Assembly: GCA_963835585.1 (NCBI GenBank)
Contig: CAWIGF010000001.1
Span: 226,281-290,280, forward strand
Reading direction: 5' to 3'
DNA: 64,000 bases
Origin: an uncultured Candidatus Woesearchaeota archaeon
GTDB lineage: Archaea; Nanobdellota; Nanobdellia; Woesearchaeales; UBA10107
Position 1 is the stretch's first letter; every line of letters begins with the position of its first letter. Under the pieces are notes generated by a model, which worked only from the letters and a program-made list of their open reading frames with translations, searched no databases and had not been told where the DNA came from. This document shows, one piece after another, positions 8,021 through 17,612 of the stretch. Position numbers and translations under genes: made by a program.

Positions 8021-10263
8021 CTGAGAACTCTCGAAAAGATGACATAAAGGGTTTAATCGAGAAATATACCAAAAAAGTAGAAGCACAATTGAAGGTTCCT
8101 CTTGGGAGCGTTTCTTCTGGACCAATAACTACCAAGGAATACCAGGAATTCAGAAAGCAATATCTTCCTGGAAACATGAGCTTATATGAGAAATCATGCA
8201 CCTTCTGCGAAAAAATAATCAAGGTAAACCCTGGTCCAAAGGACCTGCCCAAAATCGAGGCTGCACTTAAGATAACTGGGTTGAATATAACACCTGCTGG
8301 GGCGTATAGCTTTGCAATGCTTATTCCCACAGTGATAGCCCTCGTCGGATCATTGCTTAGCTACTCTCTTCCAATCTTAACAAATGCGCTTGGACTTACA
8401 AAGAACGCTGCGCCATCATTCTTCTTTGTATTTTTCTTCATATTCGTGGCTCTTGCATTGTACCTCCCGCTCCAGAAACTTCCAATGACATTTGCAGATT
8501 CTTGGAGACTTAAGGCAAGCAACCAAATGGTGCTCTCTGTTTTCTTCATGGTTACATACATGAGACATACATCGAATCTTGAACGTGCCATTGATTTTGC
8601 GGCGAACCACCTTTCCGCCCCATTATCTCTTGACTTGAAAAAGATTCTTTGGGATGTCCAGACTGATAAGTACGAAAGTGTAAAGGATGCACTTGATGCG
8701 TATCTTGATACATGGAAGGCATACAATCAGGAATTTGTGGAGGCTATGCACCTTATCGAATCATCATTACTCGAAGGTTCTGAAGATAGGCGTATTGAAT
8801 TACTGGAGAAATCATTGGAAGTTATTCTTGAAGAGACATACGAGAAAATGCTTCACTATGCGCAGAACCTCAAGTCGCCAATAGAGACACTTCATATGTT
8901 GGGAATTATTTTACCCATTCTTGGACTAGTCATACTTCCACTTATCGTAAGCTTCATTAGTTTCGTAAAATGGTACCATATTGCCGTTGTCTACAACGTA
9001 GTTCTTCCAATTCTTGTATATTATATGGGCACTAACATACTTTCCAAAAGGCCCACAGGATACGGAAGCGGCGATGCATCGGATACAAATCCCAACCTGA
9101 AAAAATACAAGAAAATAATCCTGAAAATTGCAAACCAGGAGATCTTGATAAGTCCTCTTGCGGTGAGCATTCTTGTTGGTTTTGTTTTTATCATGATTGG
9201 ATTAAGCCCATTGATCATTCATGCAATAAATCCCGGATTTGATGTTATATATGACGGAACGAGCGGTCAAATAGTTACAATCAATACCATAACATCCAAC
9301 TACACTGGAAATATAAAATTCGCGCTTCTAGGTTTCAAGCAAACTGTTGATTCGAACGGCAATCCTATCACACTTGGGCCATATGGACTTGGTGCTACAA
9401 TAATCAGTTTTTTAGTTCCACTAGGTCTTGCCCTAGCGATCGGACTCTATTTCAAATTTAGATCTGAAAATGTCCTGAAAATCAGGGAAAACACAAAAGC
9501 ACTTGAGGAAGAGTTCGCATCCGCTTTATTCCAATTGGGGAACAGGCTGGCGGACGGTCTGCCAGCGGAAATTGCATTTGACAGGGTTGCAAACACCATG
9601 GAAAATACTGTGTCTGGTTCTTTTTTCAAGGCAATATCCGCAAACATACGAAGGCTTGGAATGGGAATCGAGGAAGCAATTTTCAGCCCGAATAAAGGGG
9701 CATTGCTTGCGTTCCCATCAAACATAATCGAGAGTTCTATGAAGGTCATGGTAGAGTCTGCAAAGAAGGGACCAGCAATCGCGTCAAAAGCGGTATTGAG
9801 CGTCTCGAGCTACATCAAGGAAATCCATCGCGTAAATGAAAGGCTGAAGGACCTGATGGAAGACATAATATCCTCTATGAAGATGCAGATATCCGGAATG
9901 ACACCCGCCATCTCAGGAATTGTCATAGGAATCACATCCATGGTAAGCACGATTATAGAGCAATTACGAACGAGACTAAATGGTGCCACATCATCATCGG
10001 TAAGTATCGTTAATCTTTTCGGAGATCCAATCCCGACATTTTATTTCCAGCTTATCGTAGGTATCTATGTCGTCCAAATCATTTACATTATGACTGTGTT
10101 GTCAAATAAGATAGAGAACGGTGAGGATAAATTGAGTGAAGAATATCTGCTTGGAAAAAATCTAATAAAAAGCACAATAATATACATAATAGTTGCCCTA
10201 GCCATTACATTGGTATTCAATACAATCGCTGCTGCAATAATTCCAGCAGTTCCAACATCCTAA
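7981..10263 (+). CDS. FlaJ/TadC-like polytopic membrane protein (type II secretion system F-domain family)
   Basis: 760 aa. It overlaps the ATPase gene by 40 nt. Cytoplasmic helical domains alternate with TM blocks, the typical layout of FlaJ/TadC platform proteins. Immediate synteny with the ATPase gene. Confidence 0.6.
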   Translation: MDENNDKEKRKGMTENSRKDDIKGLIEKYTKKVEAQLKVPLGSVSSGPITTKEYQEFRKQYLPGNMSLYEKSCTFCEKIIKVNPGPKDLPKIEAALKITGLNITPAGAYSFAMLIPTVIALVGSLLSYSLPILTNALGLTKNAAPSFFFVFFFIFVALALYLPLQKLPMTFADSWRLKASNQMVLSVFFMVTYMRHTSNLERAIDFAANHLSAPLSLDLKKILWDVQTDKYESVKDALDAYLDTWKAYNQEFVEAMHLIESSLLEGSEDRRIELLEKSLEVILEETYEKMLHYAQNLKSPIETLHMLGIILPILGLVILPLIVSFISFVKWYHIAVVYNVVLPILVYYMGTNILSKRPTGYGSGDASDTNPNLKKYKKIILKIANQEILISPLAVSILVGFVFIMIGLSPLIIHAINPGFDVIYDGTSGQIVTINTITSNYTGNIKFALLGFKQTVDSNGNPITLGPYGLGATIISFLVPLGLALAIGLYFKFRSENVLKIRENTKALEEEFASALFQLGNRLADGLPAEIAFDRVANTMENTVSGSFFKAISANIRRLGMGIEEAIFSPNKGALLAFPSNIIESSMKVMVESAKKGPAIASKAVLSVSSYIKEIHRVNERLKDLMEDIISSMKMQISGMTPAISGIVIGITSMVSTIIEQLRTRLNGATSSSVSIVNLFGDPIPTFYFQLIVGIYVVQIIYIMTVLSNKIENGEDKLSEEYLLGKNLIKSTIIYIIVALAITLVFNTIAAAIIPAVPTS

Positions 10264-10284
10264 AATTGAAACGACCAAGAAAAA

Positions 10285-10374
10285 TGGGATAGGCCGGATT
10301 TGAACCAGCGACACCACGAGTTCTGCGATTTTATCACTTCAGTCGTGTGCTCTCCCAGGCTGAGCTACTATCCC
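10285..10374 (-). tRNA. tRNA-Phe (GAA) with 16-nt intron at canonical 37/38 position
   Basis: The minus-strand sequence GGGAUAG-UA-GCUC-AGCCUGGGA-GAGC-A-CACGA-CUGAAG-[UGAUAAAAUCGCAGAA]-C-UCGUG-GUGUC-GCUGG-UUCAAAU-CCGGC-CUAUCCC-A folds as a cloverleaf. The T-loop UUCAAAU is canonical. CCA is not encoded. Confidence 0.8.
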
Positions 10375-10434
10375 GTGGGATTTATGCATCAATAAGTTGT
10401 TTAAAAACTTTCGGTTTTATGAAAAAATCAGAAA

Positions 10435-10824
10435 TTAGAAAACGTCTTCTTCTTCAACGTCATCAGAGTCCTCGTCGAGGTCTTCCTCTTCTGCAGGGGG
10501 CGCCGCCTCCTCGAAGTTTTTCATGACGGGTTGCCCTTTTTCAACGACTTCAATCTTTCCGAACTTGCCAGCGGATAATTGCAATTCTCCCTGCCATTCT
10601 CCTACATAGCCCTTCGTGATCTTGATTTTATCACCAACATTGACTGAATCTATCTCATCATTCCACAAAGTAAGCGTGACCGACCCTGTCTCATCTTTTA
10701 TTTTTGCGTTGCAGACCCTTCCTTTCTTGCCGAACTTATCAAATTCCCTTGGCTGTGATTTGTCAATAACTTCTGCAACAACGTCCACATCCCCTTGTCT
10801 TGCGTGTAAATCCTTTATGTTCAT
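10435..10824 (-). CDS. ssb: single-stranded DNA-binding protein (single OB-fold with acidic C-terminal tail)
   Basis: 129 aa. The OB-like core (VDVVAEVIDKS...VCNAKIKDETGSVTLTLWND) plus the acidic tail EEEDLDEDSDDVEEEDVF is typical of cren/DPANN-type SSB. Confidence 0.7.
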   Translation of the reverse strand: MNIKDLHARQGDVDVVAEVIDKSQPREFDKFGKKGRVCNAKIKDETGSVTLTLWNDEIDSVNVGDKIKITKGYVGEWQGELQLSAGKFGKIEVVEKGQPVMKNFEEAAPPAEEEDLDEDSDDVEEEDVF

Positions 10825-10859
10825 AGAAAGACAGGAAAAAACGCCATTTATATAGTTTT

Positions 10860-11690
10860 CTAAGGGCCAGAATTCATGCTTTTAAACGCTTCCTGAATCT
10901 TTTCCTCCGGCCATCCACTGCTGAGCAATGCCTGACGCACTTGCTCCCGCGTAAATCCTTGAGCGACAGATGATTTTATGTATGAAACGATTTCAAGGTT
11001 CTCCTTTATGTCTGGTTTCTTCGAAAATAAGACAATTCCTATGCTAACGACCAAAACCAATGAAACAAGGCCGATGATTATGTAGAATAAGTAAGATGTG
11101 GCTGGAAGAGGTGAACTTGTCTGCGGTTGTGCCGGGTTCAACATCTGGTTGATTTCCTGCTGGGTGAAATATTTATTCAAGATTGTCCCAAACTTGGCCT
11201 TCAATGTTACAGGATCGGCTATCTTCATTCCAGGAAGAATCAACTTGGAAGGGTAGACGTAAAATGCAGTGCCATCCCCTGTATTTTTGAATGTGTCAAA
11301 AGCAGGATTTGAACTAAGCTGTAATTTTAATGCATCGTAGCTTACATAAGATATTATAATGTCTTCATTCTGAGTCCCTTTACACAACAATTGATCCGAT
11401 GAAGTCACGGCAACTGCGCCATTCGTTTTTACAACGTCGAAAGAATATACAGTTATAGGGTCCACATTCACTATGAGGCACATCGAGAAATCGTTCGCAT
11501 CATTGATAAAATCAAGGTTCTGTATTGAAGAATCTATTTCTGAAAGAACGTCATTTTGCGATGGAATGCTCTGTGTCGCGCGCCCTGTGATAGACAAAAG
11601 GCCCGGATTTGTTGACTGGATTATCAACAATGACGAGAAGACAAATATGAAGAGAAGCTCCCATGCAATTATGTGGTCTGTATGCTCCAT
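10860..11690 (-). CDS. membrane protein with N- and C-terminal TM helices and C-terminal cytoplasmic SHOCT-like motif
   Basis: 276 aa. TM segments near residues 10-28 and 215-237. The tail VAQGFTREQVRQALLSSGWPEEKIQEAFKS resembles motifs in 3038-3622 and 53983-55557. Confidence 0.5.
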   Translation of the reverse strand: MEHTDHIIAWELLFIFVFSSLLIIQSTNPGLLSITGRATQSIPSQNDVLSEIDSSIQNLDFINDANDFSMCLIVNVDPITVYSFDVVKTNGAVAVTSSDQLLCKGTQNEDIIISYVSYDALKLQLSSNPAFDTFKNTGDGTAFYVYPSKLILPGMKIADPVTLKAKFGTILNKYFTQQEINQMLNPAQPQTSSPLPATSYLFYIIIGLVSLVLVVSIGIVLFSKKPDIKENLEIVSYIKSSVAQGFTREQVRQALLSSGWPEEKIQEAFKSMNSGP

Positions 11691-11714
11691 GTTCCTCTTT
11701 TTCAGTCTAAATGC

Positions 11715-13202
11715 TTATATGTTTTTAAATTCTATCTCGCCATTAACTAGTTTCCTGATAGTCTCAGGAACATTTTTTATGGGAATCCTTACTTGTTTTG
11801 TCGAATCTCTATCACGGATTGTGACATCTTGTTTTTCCAATGAATCGAAATCTATAGTTATGCAATATGGTGTCCCAATTTCATCCTGTCTTGCATATCT
11901 TCTTCCGATTGAGCCAGACCTGTCGTATTGACAAGTAAATCTTTCTTTCAAATCATAATAAACTTCTTTTGCTTCTTTTTCCAACTTGTTAACCAATGGA
12001 AGAACTGCAATCTTTATTGGGGCCAAATTTGCAGGAATTCTAAACATCTTATTCTCAGGATCCTTCCCGTCGAAAAATATATCCAACAAGGCGAATGTTG
12101 GCCTATCCGTTCCAAATGCAATCTCTAAAATATGCGGAATTTCTCTTTGTTTTGTTTCTTCATTAAATGTTTCTAATTTCTGTTTGCTTTCTTTGCTATG
12201 CTGGCTTAAATCATAATCTGTTCGGTCATGAATTCCACAAACTTCATACCAACCATAACTATTTAAAAGGACTTCAACATCCCAAGCATCATCCGCGTAG
12301 AACGCCTTTTCATTCTCTGCATGCTGCCTCATCCTTATTCTGTTTTTTGGGATGCCCATTGCCAAGAATAACTCATAAGCAAGGTTCAAACACCAGGCAT
12401 ATGCCTGATTTTTCAACTTTCCTTTATTTATTGCATCACCAAGTGTCGTTTCAATCATGGCATCAGCGGCATTAAACCATAGAGGAAGTTTTTTATTTTT
12501 AACTTCTTCAAATTTTGCAAAATTATTCTTTTGATCCTTTAAAATGAACAACTGACCTTCCGCCTGCGTAAACTCCCTGCCCCTCATTACGCTTTGTCTC
12601 GGAGAAATTTCGTTTCTGTATGCTTTTCCTATCTGAAAAACACCGAAAGGATATTTTTTTCTGAAAAATTCATCAAATCTCTTGAATGGAAGGTACGTTG
12701 TTGTCGCTGTTTCCGGTCTGTTGTATGCCTCTAAATCAGTTCCAATTGTTGTTTTCATCATCAAACTGTGTTTTATGATTTCATTCTTCAATTGAGATTT
12801 ACAATTTGTGCAGACAATATTGTTGTCTTTGATGACCTTCAATAACTTTTCATTTGAATAACCGCCGACATTTATATTTGGATTGAATTCTGCAATTAAC
12901 CTATCTACCCTAAACTCCGCATTGCATTTTGAACATTTTATCAGCGGATCAGAAAAACCACCTAGGTGGCCTGATGCTTTCCAAACGATGGCAGGCATAA
13001 TCGTTGGGCACTCGACTTCCCAAAATTCATTTATTTGGAACACTCTTCTTATTGCATTTTCAACATTATTTTTTAATTGCTTGCCCAGAGGGCCATAATC
13101 ATAGAAACCGCCAACCCCTCCGTAAATTTCAGGAGAAGGCCCCCAAATGAACCCATTATCCACAATGAATGCCGCCAACTCCTTTGATTCATTCTCAACC
13201 AT
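11715..13202 (-). CDS. glyS: glycine--tRNA ligase (archaeal/eukaryotic alpha2 type)
   Basis: The N-terminal GFIWGPSPEIYGGVGGFYDYGPLGKQLKNN is the class II GlyRS signature. 495 aa. Confidence 0.85.
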   Translation of the reverse strand: MVENESKELAAFIVDNGFIWGPSPEIYGGVGGFYDYGPLGKQLKNNVENAIRRVFQINEFWEVECPTIMPAIVWKASGHLGGFSDPLIKCSKCNAEFRVDRLIAEFNPNINVGGYSNEKLLKVIKDNNIVCTNCKSQLKNEIIKHSLMMKTTIGTDLEAYNRPETATTTYLPFKRFDEFFRKKYPFGVFQIGKAYRNEISPRQSVMRGREFTQAEGQLFILKDQKNNFAKFEEVKNKKLPLWFNAADAMIETTLGDAINKGKLKNQAYAWCLNLAYELFLAMGIPKNRIRMRQHAENEKAFYADDAWDVEVLLNSYGWYEVCGIHDRTDYDLSQHSKESKQKLETFNEETKQREIPHILEIAFGTDRPTFALLDIFFDGKDPENKMFRIPANLAPIKIAVLPLVNKLEKEAKEVYYDLKERFTCQYDRSGSIGRRYARQDEIGTPYCITIDFDSLEKQDVTIRDRDSTKQVRIPIKNVPETIRKLVNGEIEFKNI

Positions 13203-13327
13203 ACCACGTTATAGTTTAAAGTTTATTTATATACTCTTCGGTGTAAAATGGCTTTAGAAGGCGTATAAACGTCTTGTAGAAGGCTAGTCATCCATTACTA
13301 ATAACTACATAAATAAAGCTTGTTTGG

Positions 13328-14527
13328 CTATTTTTTGAGCCATTCGACTTCTTCTTCATCCAGTCCAAGATCTGAGGAAATCTTCTCTGATTCAATTTTG
13401 TTTTTCCTGAAGATAGTTTGAAGATAAGGAATAGTTGACTTTATTGTTTCTTTTACTGAAGTATGCATCTTTCCATGTATTTTCTCTGCAATTGCTTTTC
13501 GTTTTGCATACTTCTGTTTTGCCATCCATAGTTTGAGGATACGTGTTGTTGGTTTATACTGCACGAAATCTTTGTATTTCTCATCTTTTGAAACTGCGAT
13601 TCCTCCCGACAAGAATGCATTGATATACACCAAAAATCTCCAGTGCTGCCACCGTCTTATTCGCCTGTTGAAAATGTCTGCTTGGGACATATAGTGATAT
13701 GCCATATCTAAATCACTAGCTTTCTTGTATTCATAGGGAAGATTCTCATCAACCCAGAGCAACAATTTGTTCAAGTCTTCGTCAACCGAATCGAATGCCC
13801 TCAATGCAACAGACGTGTCTGTTGTTTTGAAAACCTTGACCAACGCCTGTGGTATGGATTCTTGCCTGTTTCGTGATTCAAGAGAATCCACACCTTCTTT
13901 TGTGATGGAATGCACATTACTAAGAAGCTGCAGATCGGTTATTGCCGCTCTGACATCTCCTCCTTCCTGCCTTGCAAGTTGTTTCAAACTCACCTCATCG
14001 TATTTTATTTTCTCCTTCTCGCAGATCGTACTGAGAACTTCAAACATGGCATCAACAGAAGGGATCTCGAATTCAATCATCAGTGATTTTTTTCGAAGCG
14101 GAGAAAATTTGGAATCAAACACATCAATCGCTGTGCATATAATCTGGAACGGGGATTCATCAATTATTTTTATAAGTTCAGGGATTCCTCCCCTGTCCTG
14201 TGTGCCGCTCAACCCGTCGATTTCGTCAACCAAGATTATCTTTCCCTTTGAGAAAAGGCTTCTCTGCCTTGATGCGTTTCCAATTATGCTTTGCATCCCT
14301 TCCGCATTCCTGAAATCAGACGCATTCATCTCAAGTAGCTCGTAATCAAGCTCATTGGCAACGGCGTAAGCTGCACTTGTCTTTCCGGAACCTGTTGGCC
14401 CGTATAGAATGGCACATTTTTTCTTCTTGTTTTTGATGAAATCCTTTAGAGAAGAAAGCGCCTTGTCCTCTCCCTTTATGTCCGCAAAAGAACGAGGCCG
14501 GTACTTCTTAACGAATAATTCTTGCAT
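13328..14527 (-). CDS. rfc: replication factor C subunit (clamp loader, probably large subunit)
   Basis: KKYRPRSFADIKG RFC box, Walker A LYGPTGSGKTSAAYAVANEL, and ELLEMNASD; 399 aa. Confidence 0.65.
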   Translation of the reverse strand: MQELFVKKYRPRSFADIKGEDKALSSLKDFIKNKKKKCAILYGPTGSGKTSAAYAVANELDYELLEMNASDFRNAEGMQSIIGNASRQRSLFSKGKIILVDEIDGLSGTQDRGGIPELIKIIDESPFQIICTAIDVFDSKFSPLRKKSLMIEFEIPSVDAMFEVLSTICEKEKIKYDEVSLKQLARQEGGDVRAAITDLQLLSNVHSITKEGVDSLESRNRQESIPQALVKVFKTTDTSVALRAFDSVDEDLNKLLLWVDENLPYEYKKASDLDMAYHYMSQADIFNRRIRRWQHWRFLVYINAFLSGGIAVSKDEKYKDFVQYKPTTRILKLWMAKQKYAKRKAIAEKIHGKMHTSVKETIKSTIPYLQTIFRKNKIESEKISSDLGLDEEEVEWLKK

Positions 14528-14551
14528 GAAAATAAGAAAGAAGATATGTAT

Positions 14552-15103
14552 TTAAGGGTTACTCTCTTTTATTCTCATTCTGCATTCGCTCCTTAAATCT
14601 TCGGTCCACATCTGACCGCAAATGTTCGGGTCTTTTCCTGTAAGATTCATATGATCATAGCATGAGCTCCTCATATCGCTTGAGAGTATGCTCGCACATA
14701 AAAGGAATTCCTGCTTTTTTTCAGCAATTGGAAGATAGCACAAATCTCGCTGATTATCATCATGAATGTTTACACAGATGGTTGGATCTTGCAAATCTCT
14801 TGCAATGTCCTGATAACACAAAAAGAAAAGATTGACATCCGGTATTGCAGGGCATAAACTAGCATTTTCTGAATAAAGTGCGTAGTTGTACAGGCAAAGA
14901 TTGTGAGGACCATCGTCAGTAATATTTGCGCAAGGATCGACAGTAGTGTTAACCGTCACATTTTGCTCAGGAAAGTTCATCTGTGATGGGCCAGTGTATT
15001 GTATTTGAATTCCTGGTGTTTGTTTTGGGGAACAACCTACTAAAAGAAGCATTGCACATAAGAAAAAGAGAGTTTTATTCATCATAAAAATGAATATAAT
15101 CAC
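14552..15103 (-). CDS. Cys-rich secreted lipoprotein (hypothetical)
   Basis: Signal peptide with a lipobox-like LLLVGC. About 14 Cys residues in repeated C-x-D...RD-x-CY spacing. Confidence 0.45.
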   Translation of the reverse strand: MIIFIFMMNKTLFFLCAMLLLVGCSPKQTPGIQIQYTGPSQMNFPEQNVTVNTTVDPCANITDDGPHNLCLYNYALYSENASLCPAIPDVNLFFLCYQDIARDLQDPTICVNIHDDNQRDLCYLPIAEKKQEFLLCASILSSDMRSSCYDHMNLTGKDPNICGQMWTEDLRSECRMRIKESNP

Positions 15104-15124
15104 ATATTAAAGCTTTGCCATTAG

Positions 15125-17491
15125 TTAGAAAAATCCATCCAATCCTTTTTGCGTATGCCCCTTCATAAGACTTTCAAAGGTCATTCCATAAAAGCTAAGC
15201 ACAGTGTCTGCCAGCGGTTCGATTTGTTTTTCTATGTAATAATCATAATTAATCTTTTTGCCTTCCATCATCTCAATAGGATATGGCTCGCCATCTTTTG
15301 CATCGCCTTCCTTGACCATGTAGTAATCTATAACGCTACTCGTTATCGCCTTAAGTTTTCGTGCCGCCTTGACATGTGGCGGAGTCGTTTTTGTGTACTC
15401 TATCAAATCCTTCCGTATAGATTTCCTGAGAACTAGCTTGCCATCCATCTTTCCTGCAAGGATATCCTTCACATAGTTCTTTATGAATTTTTTTACTTCA
15501 TCTTCTTTGCCGTGAAAGATCAAGTCAAGGAGTTTGTATTGAAATTCTTTTGCAGCCTCACACCAATCTCCTCTCACGAATTCCATTCCAGTTATATCTA
15601 TTTCTTCCTTTCCATTCTCGATCAGAAGACCGGCATACCTTTTTTTTGATCCGGTTTCGGTGCCCCGTGTTTTTGGCATCATGAATTTCTTGAAGACTTT
15701 GTCGAACTCGAGTTCAAGGTGCGAATCGCGCATATACGTTTCTTTGATGTAATTCTTCAGGAATGTGTTGACCTCATTGACAAGCTCATCTCCTATTTTT
15801 TCCGCCTGCTCAGAAGAGGAAGCATTGGTTTTTATGAACACGGAATCCGTATCACCATAAATGACATCATAGCCTTTCTCCCTTATTTTCTGGGCGCACA
15901 ACTTAATCATGCTCTGACAGGTATGTGTGATTGCATTTCCTATTTCCAACGAGTAATATCGCGATGAACGGTTTGCGATTGCCCCCCACAGCGAATTCAT
16001 CAACGTTTTCAATGCAAAGCTTGCCGTTTCATCTTTTCGGATTTTCGCCAAATCCCTCTGCTTCCATATCCTCTCGATGATTTGCGGCAGGAATCCGAAA
16101 TCATTTGTGAATACTGCACCATTCACGCATACAATATATTTTTTCTTGTCAACTCCTTTCGGGGGACTTTCGACATATGAATAAGGATCTATATTGAACG
16201 TCCTTATGACCGATGGATACAGGCTCTTGAAATCAAGGACAACAATGTTTTCATATATTCCTGGAACAGATTGCATCACAAATCCACCAGTAACCCGTTC
16301 CTCATCATCCTCTGATTTTTTTGCGATATAATTTGCGACAATATTTTTTTTCTTCAGCATTCGTAAATACAAAGAATCCAATGAAGCCACGGATGCAGAA
16401 ACCCTATCCAGGGACATTCCCGTCAGTGCAGAGCGCAGCATTGTCAGAGTTATCAACTGCTTTTTGTCTAAAATCTTGTAAACTAATTCAGAATCGAGAA
16501 GATTGTAATCAACGAGCTTCTGCTGATTGTGCTTGAACGCTTGCTCTATCTCCTCTCCTTTGTTTTCATGCCCGATTAGTTTCCTCTCTCCTAAAATAAC
16601 CTGTGCGGCCGTATCCAGCTTATAATCTGCAAGCCTGATGAACGATGACTTCAGGAGATGAATTCCATCTAAAACCTGCCTGCCCGGAAAATCAGCCTTC
16701 GAATCGATGAAGAACGAGCTTTCTATCCTCAGTTTGCACGGCCATTCCGTCCTTCCAAGGATAAATTGTATCTTGTTCCTTTCAAATGCTCTCTTCAGAT
16801 AATCCAGATCAAAATCGATGACGTTCCAGCCTACGATTATATCAGGGTCAAGTTCAATCACTTTTTTCTTGAACGCCTCGAGCAGCGACTTTTCGTCCGT
16901 AAATGAAACTGCATTCTCTAATTTTTTGTCGCCAATAATGAAGACTTTCTTGTATTTCTCAGAGAACATCGATACCGCATACAACTCTCCTTTCATTCCC
17001 GTTTCAATATCAATCGAGAGTATGCTTATTTTTGGAAGATCCTCTGTATTGATCGTTTCAATTCCTTTTAATCTAGGATTTTCATAAACTCGATTCACAA
17101 AATCTCCTCTTTTGTAATCCCCTTCTATGTCCATCAAGGCAGTTATCTCGTGATCAATAAGGAACCTGTTTATGAAGAGAACATCAGATTCAAATGTCTT
17201 TATGTGCTTGTTTTCCAGAATTTCCCGGTTGTCCTTAAGATTAGAAGGCGTTTTGAATGAAACTTTGGTTAGTTTTTCATTCTTGAAATTAACACAGGAT
17301 GTTTCTTCGAACTCTGCGTTGATAGCATCCGTTGCTCCTTTCTTGTCTGCCGTCTTTATGTAAAAATAAGGCTTGTATTCATTCATTGTGAGGAAGCTCT
17401 CACCGTTTTCCAGCCTGCCGAACAAATAAATCAAGGTACTGTCTTTTTGCTCGTCGATTCTGTACGTGGAATAAACAATGAACCCTTTCAT
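15125..17491 (-). CDS. polB: DNA polymerase, family B
   Basis: Exo I motif LSIDIET. Polymerase motif C DVIYGDTDSVFI. 788 aa with no intein. Confidence 0.9.
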   Translation of the reverse strand: MKGFIVYSTYRIDEQKDSTLIYLFGRLENGESFLTMNEYKPYFYIKTADKKGATDAINAEFEETSCVNFKNEKLTKVSFKTPSNLKDNREILENKHIKTFESDVLFINRFLIDHEITALMDIEGDYKRGDFVNRVYENPRLKGIETINTEDLPKISILSIDIETGMKGELYAVSMFSEKYKKVFIIGDKKLENAVSFTDEKSLLEAFKKKVIELDPDIIVGWNVIDFDLDYLKRAFERNKIQFILGRTEWPCKLRIESSFFIDSKADFPGRQVLDGIHLLKSSFIRLADYKLDTAAQVILGERKLIGHENKGEEIEQAFKHNQQKLVDYNLLDSELVYKILDKKQLITLTMLRSALTGMSLDRVSASVASLDSLYLRMLKKKNIVANYIAKKSEDDEERVTGGFVMQSVPGIYENIVVLDFKSLYPSVIRTFNIDPYSYVESPPKGVDKKKYIVCVNGAVFTNDFGFLPQIIERIWKQRDLAKIRKDETASFALKTLMNSLWGAIANRSSRYYSLEIGNAITHTCQSMIKLCAQKIREKGYDVIYGDTDSVFIKTNASSSEQAEKIGDELVNEVNTFLKNYIKETYMRDSHLELEFDKVFKKFMMPKTRGTETGSKKRYAGLLIENGKEEIDITGMEFVRGDWCEAAKEFQYKLLDLIFHGKEDEVKKFIKNYVKDILAGKMDGKLVLRKSIRKDLIEYTKTTPPHVKAARKLKAITSSVIDYYMVKEGDAKDGEPYPIEMMEGKKINYDYYIEKQIEPLADTVLSFYGMTFESLMKGHTQKGLDGFF

Positions 17492-17612
17492 GAAAATAGA
17501 ATGAATCCGTTCTTTAATAAAACTTACTCTAGATTGTCCTGTGGCCTTTTAAGATAGTTTAAACGCTTTTTAGGGGTAAAGTTTAAATAAGTAGCAAAAC
17601 TGCCAAAACTCA

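Noticed and set aside
3038-10263. Calling the FlaI/FlaJ module an archaellum (motility) operon
   Set aside because: There are no archaellin (FlaB), FlaF/G/H or prepilin peptidase genes in 64 kb, so an adhesive pilus-like system is the more conservative reading.
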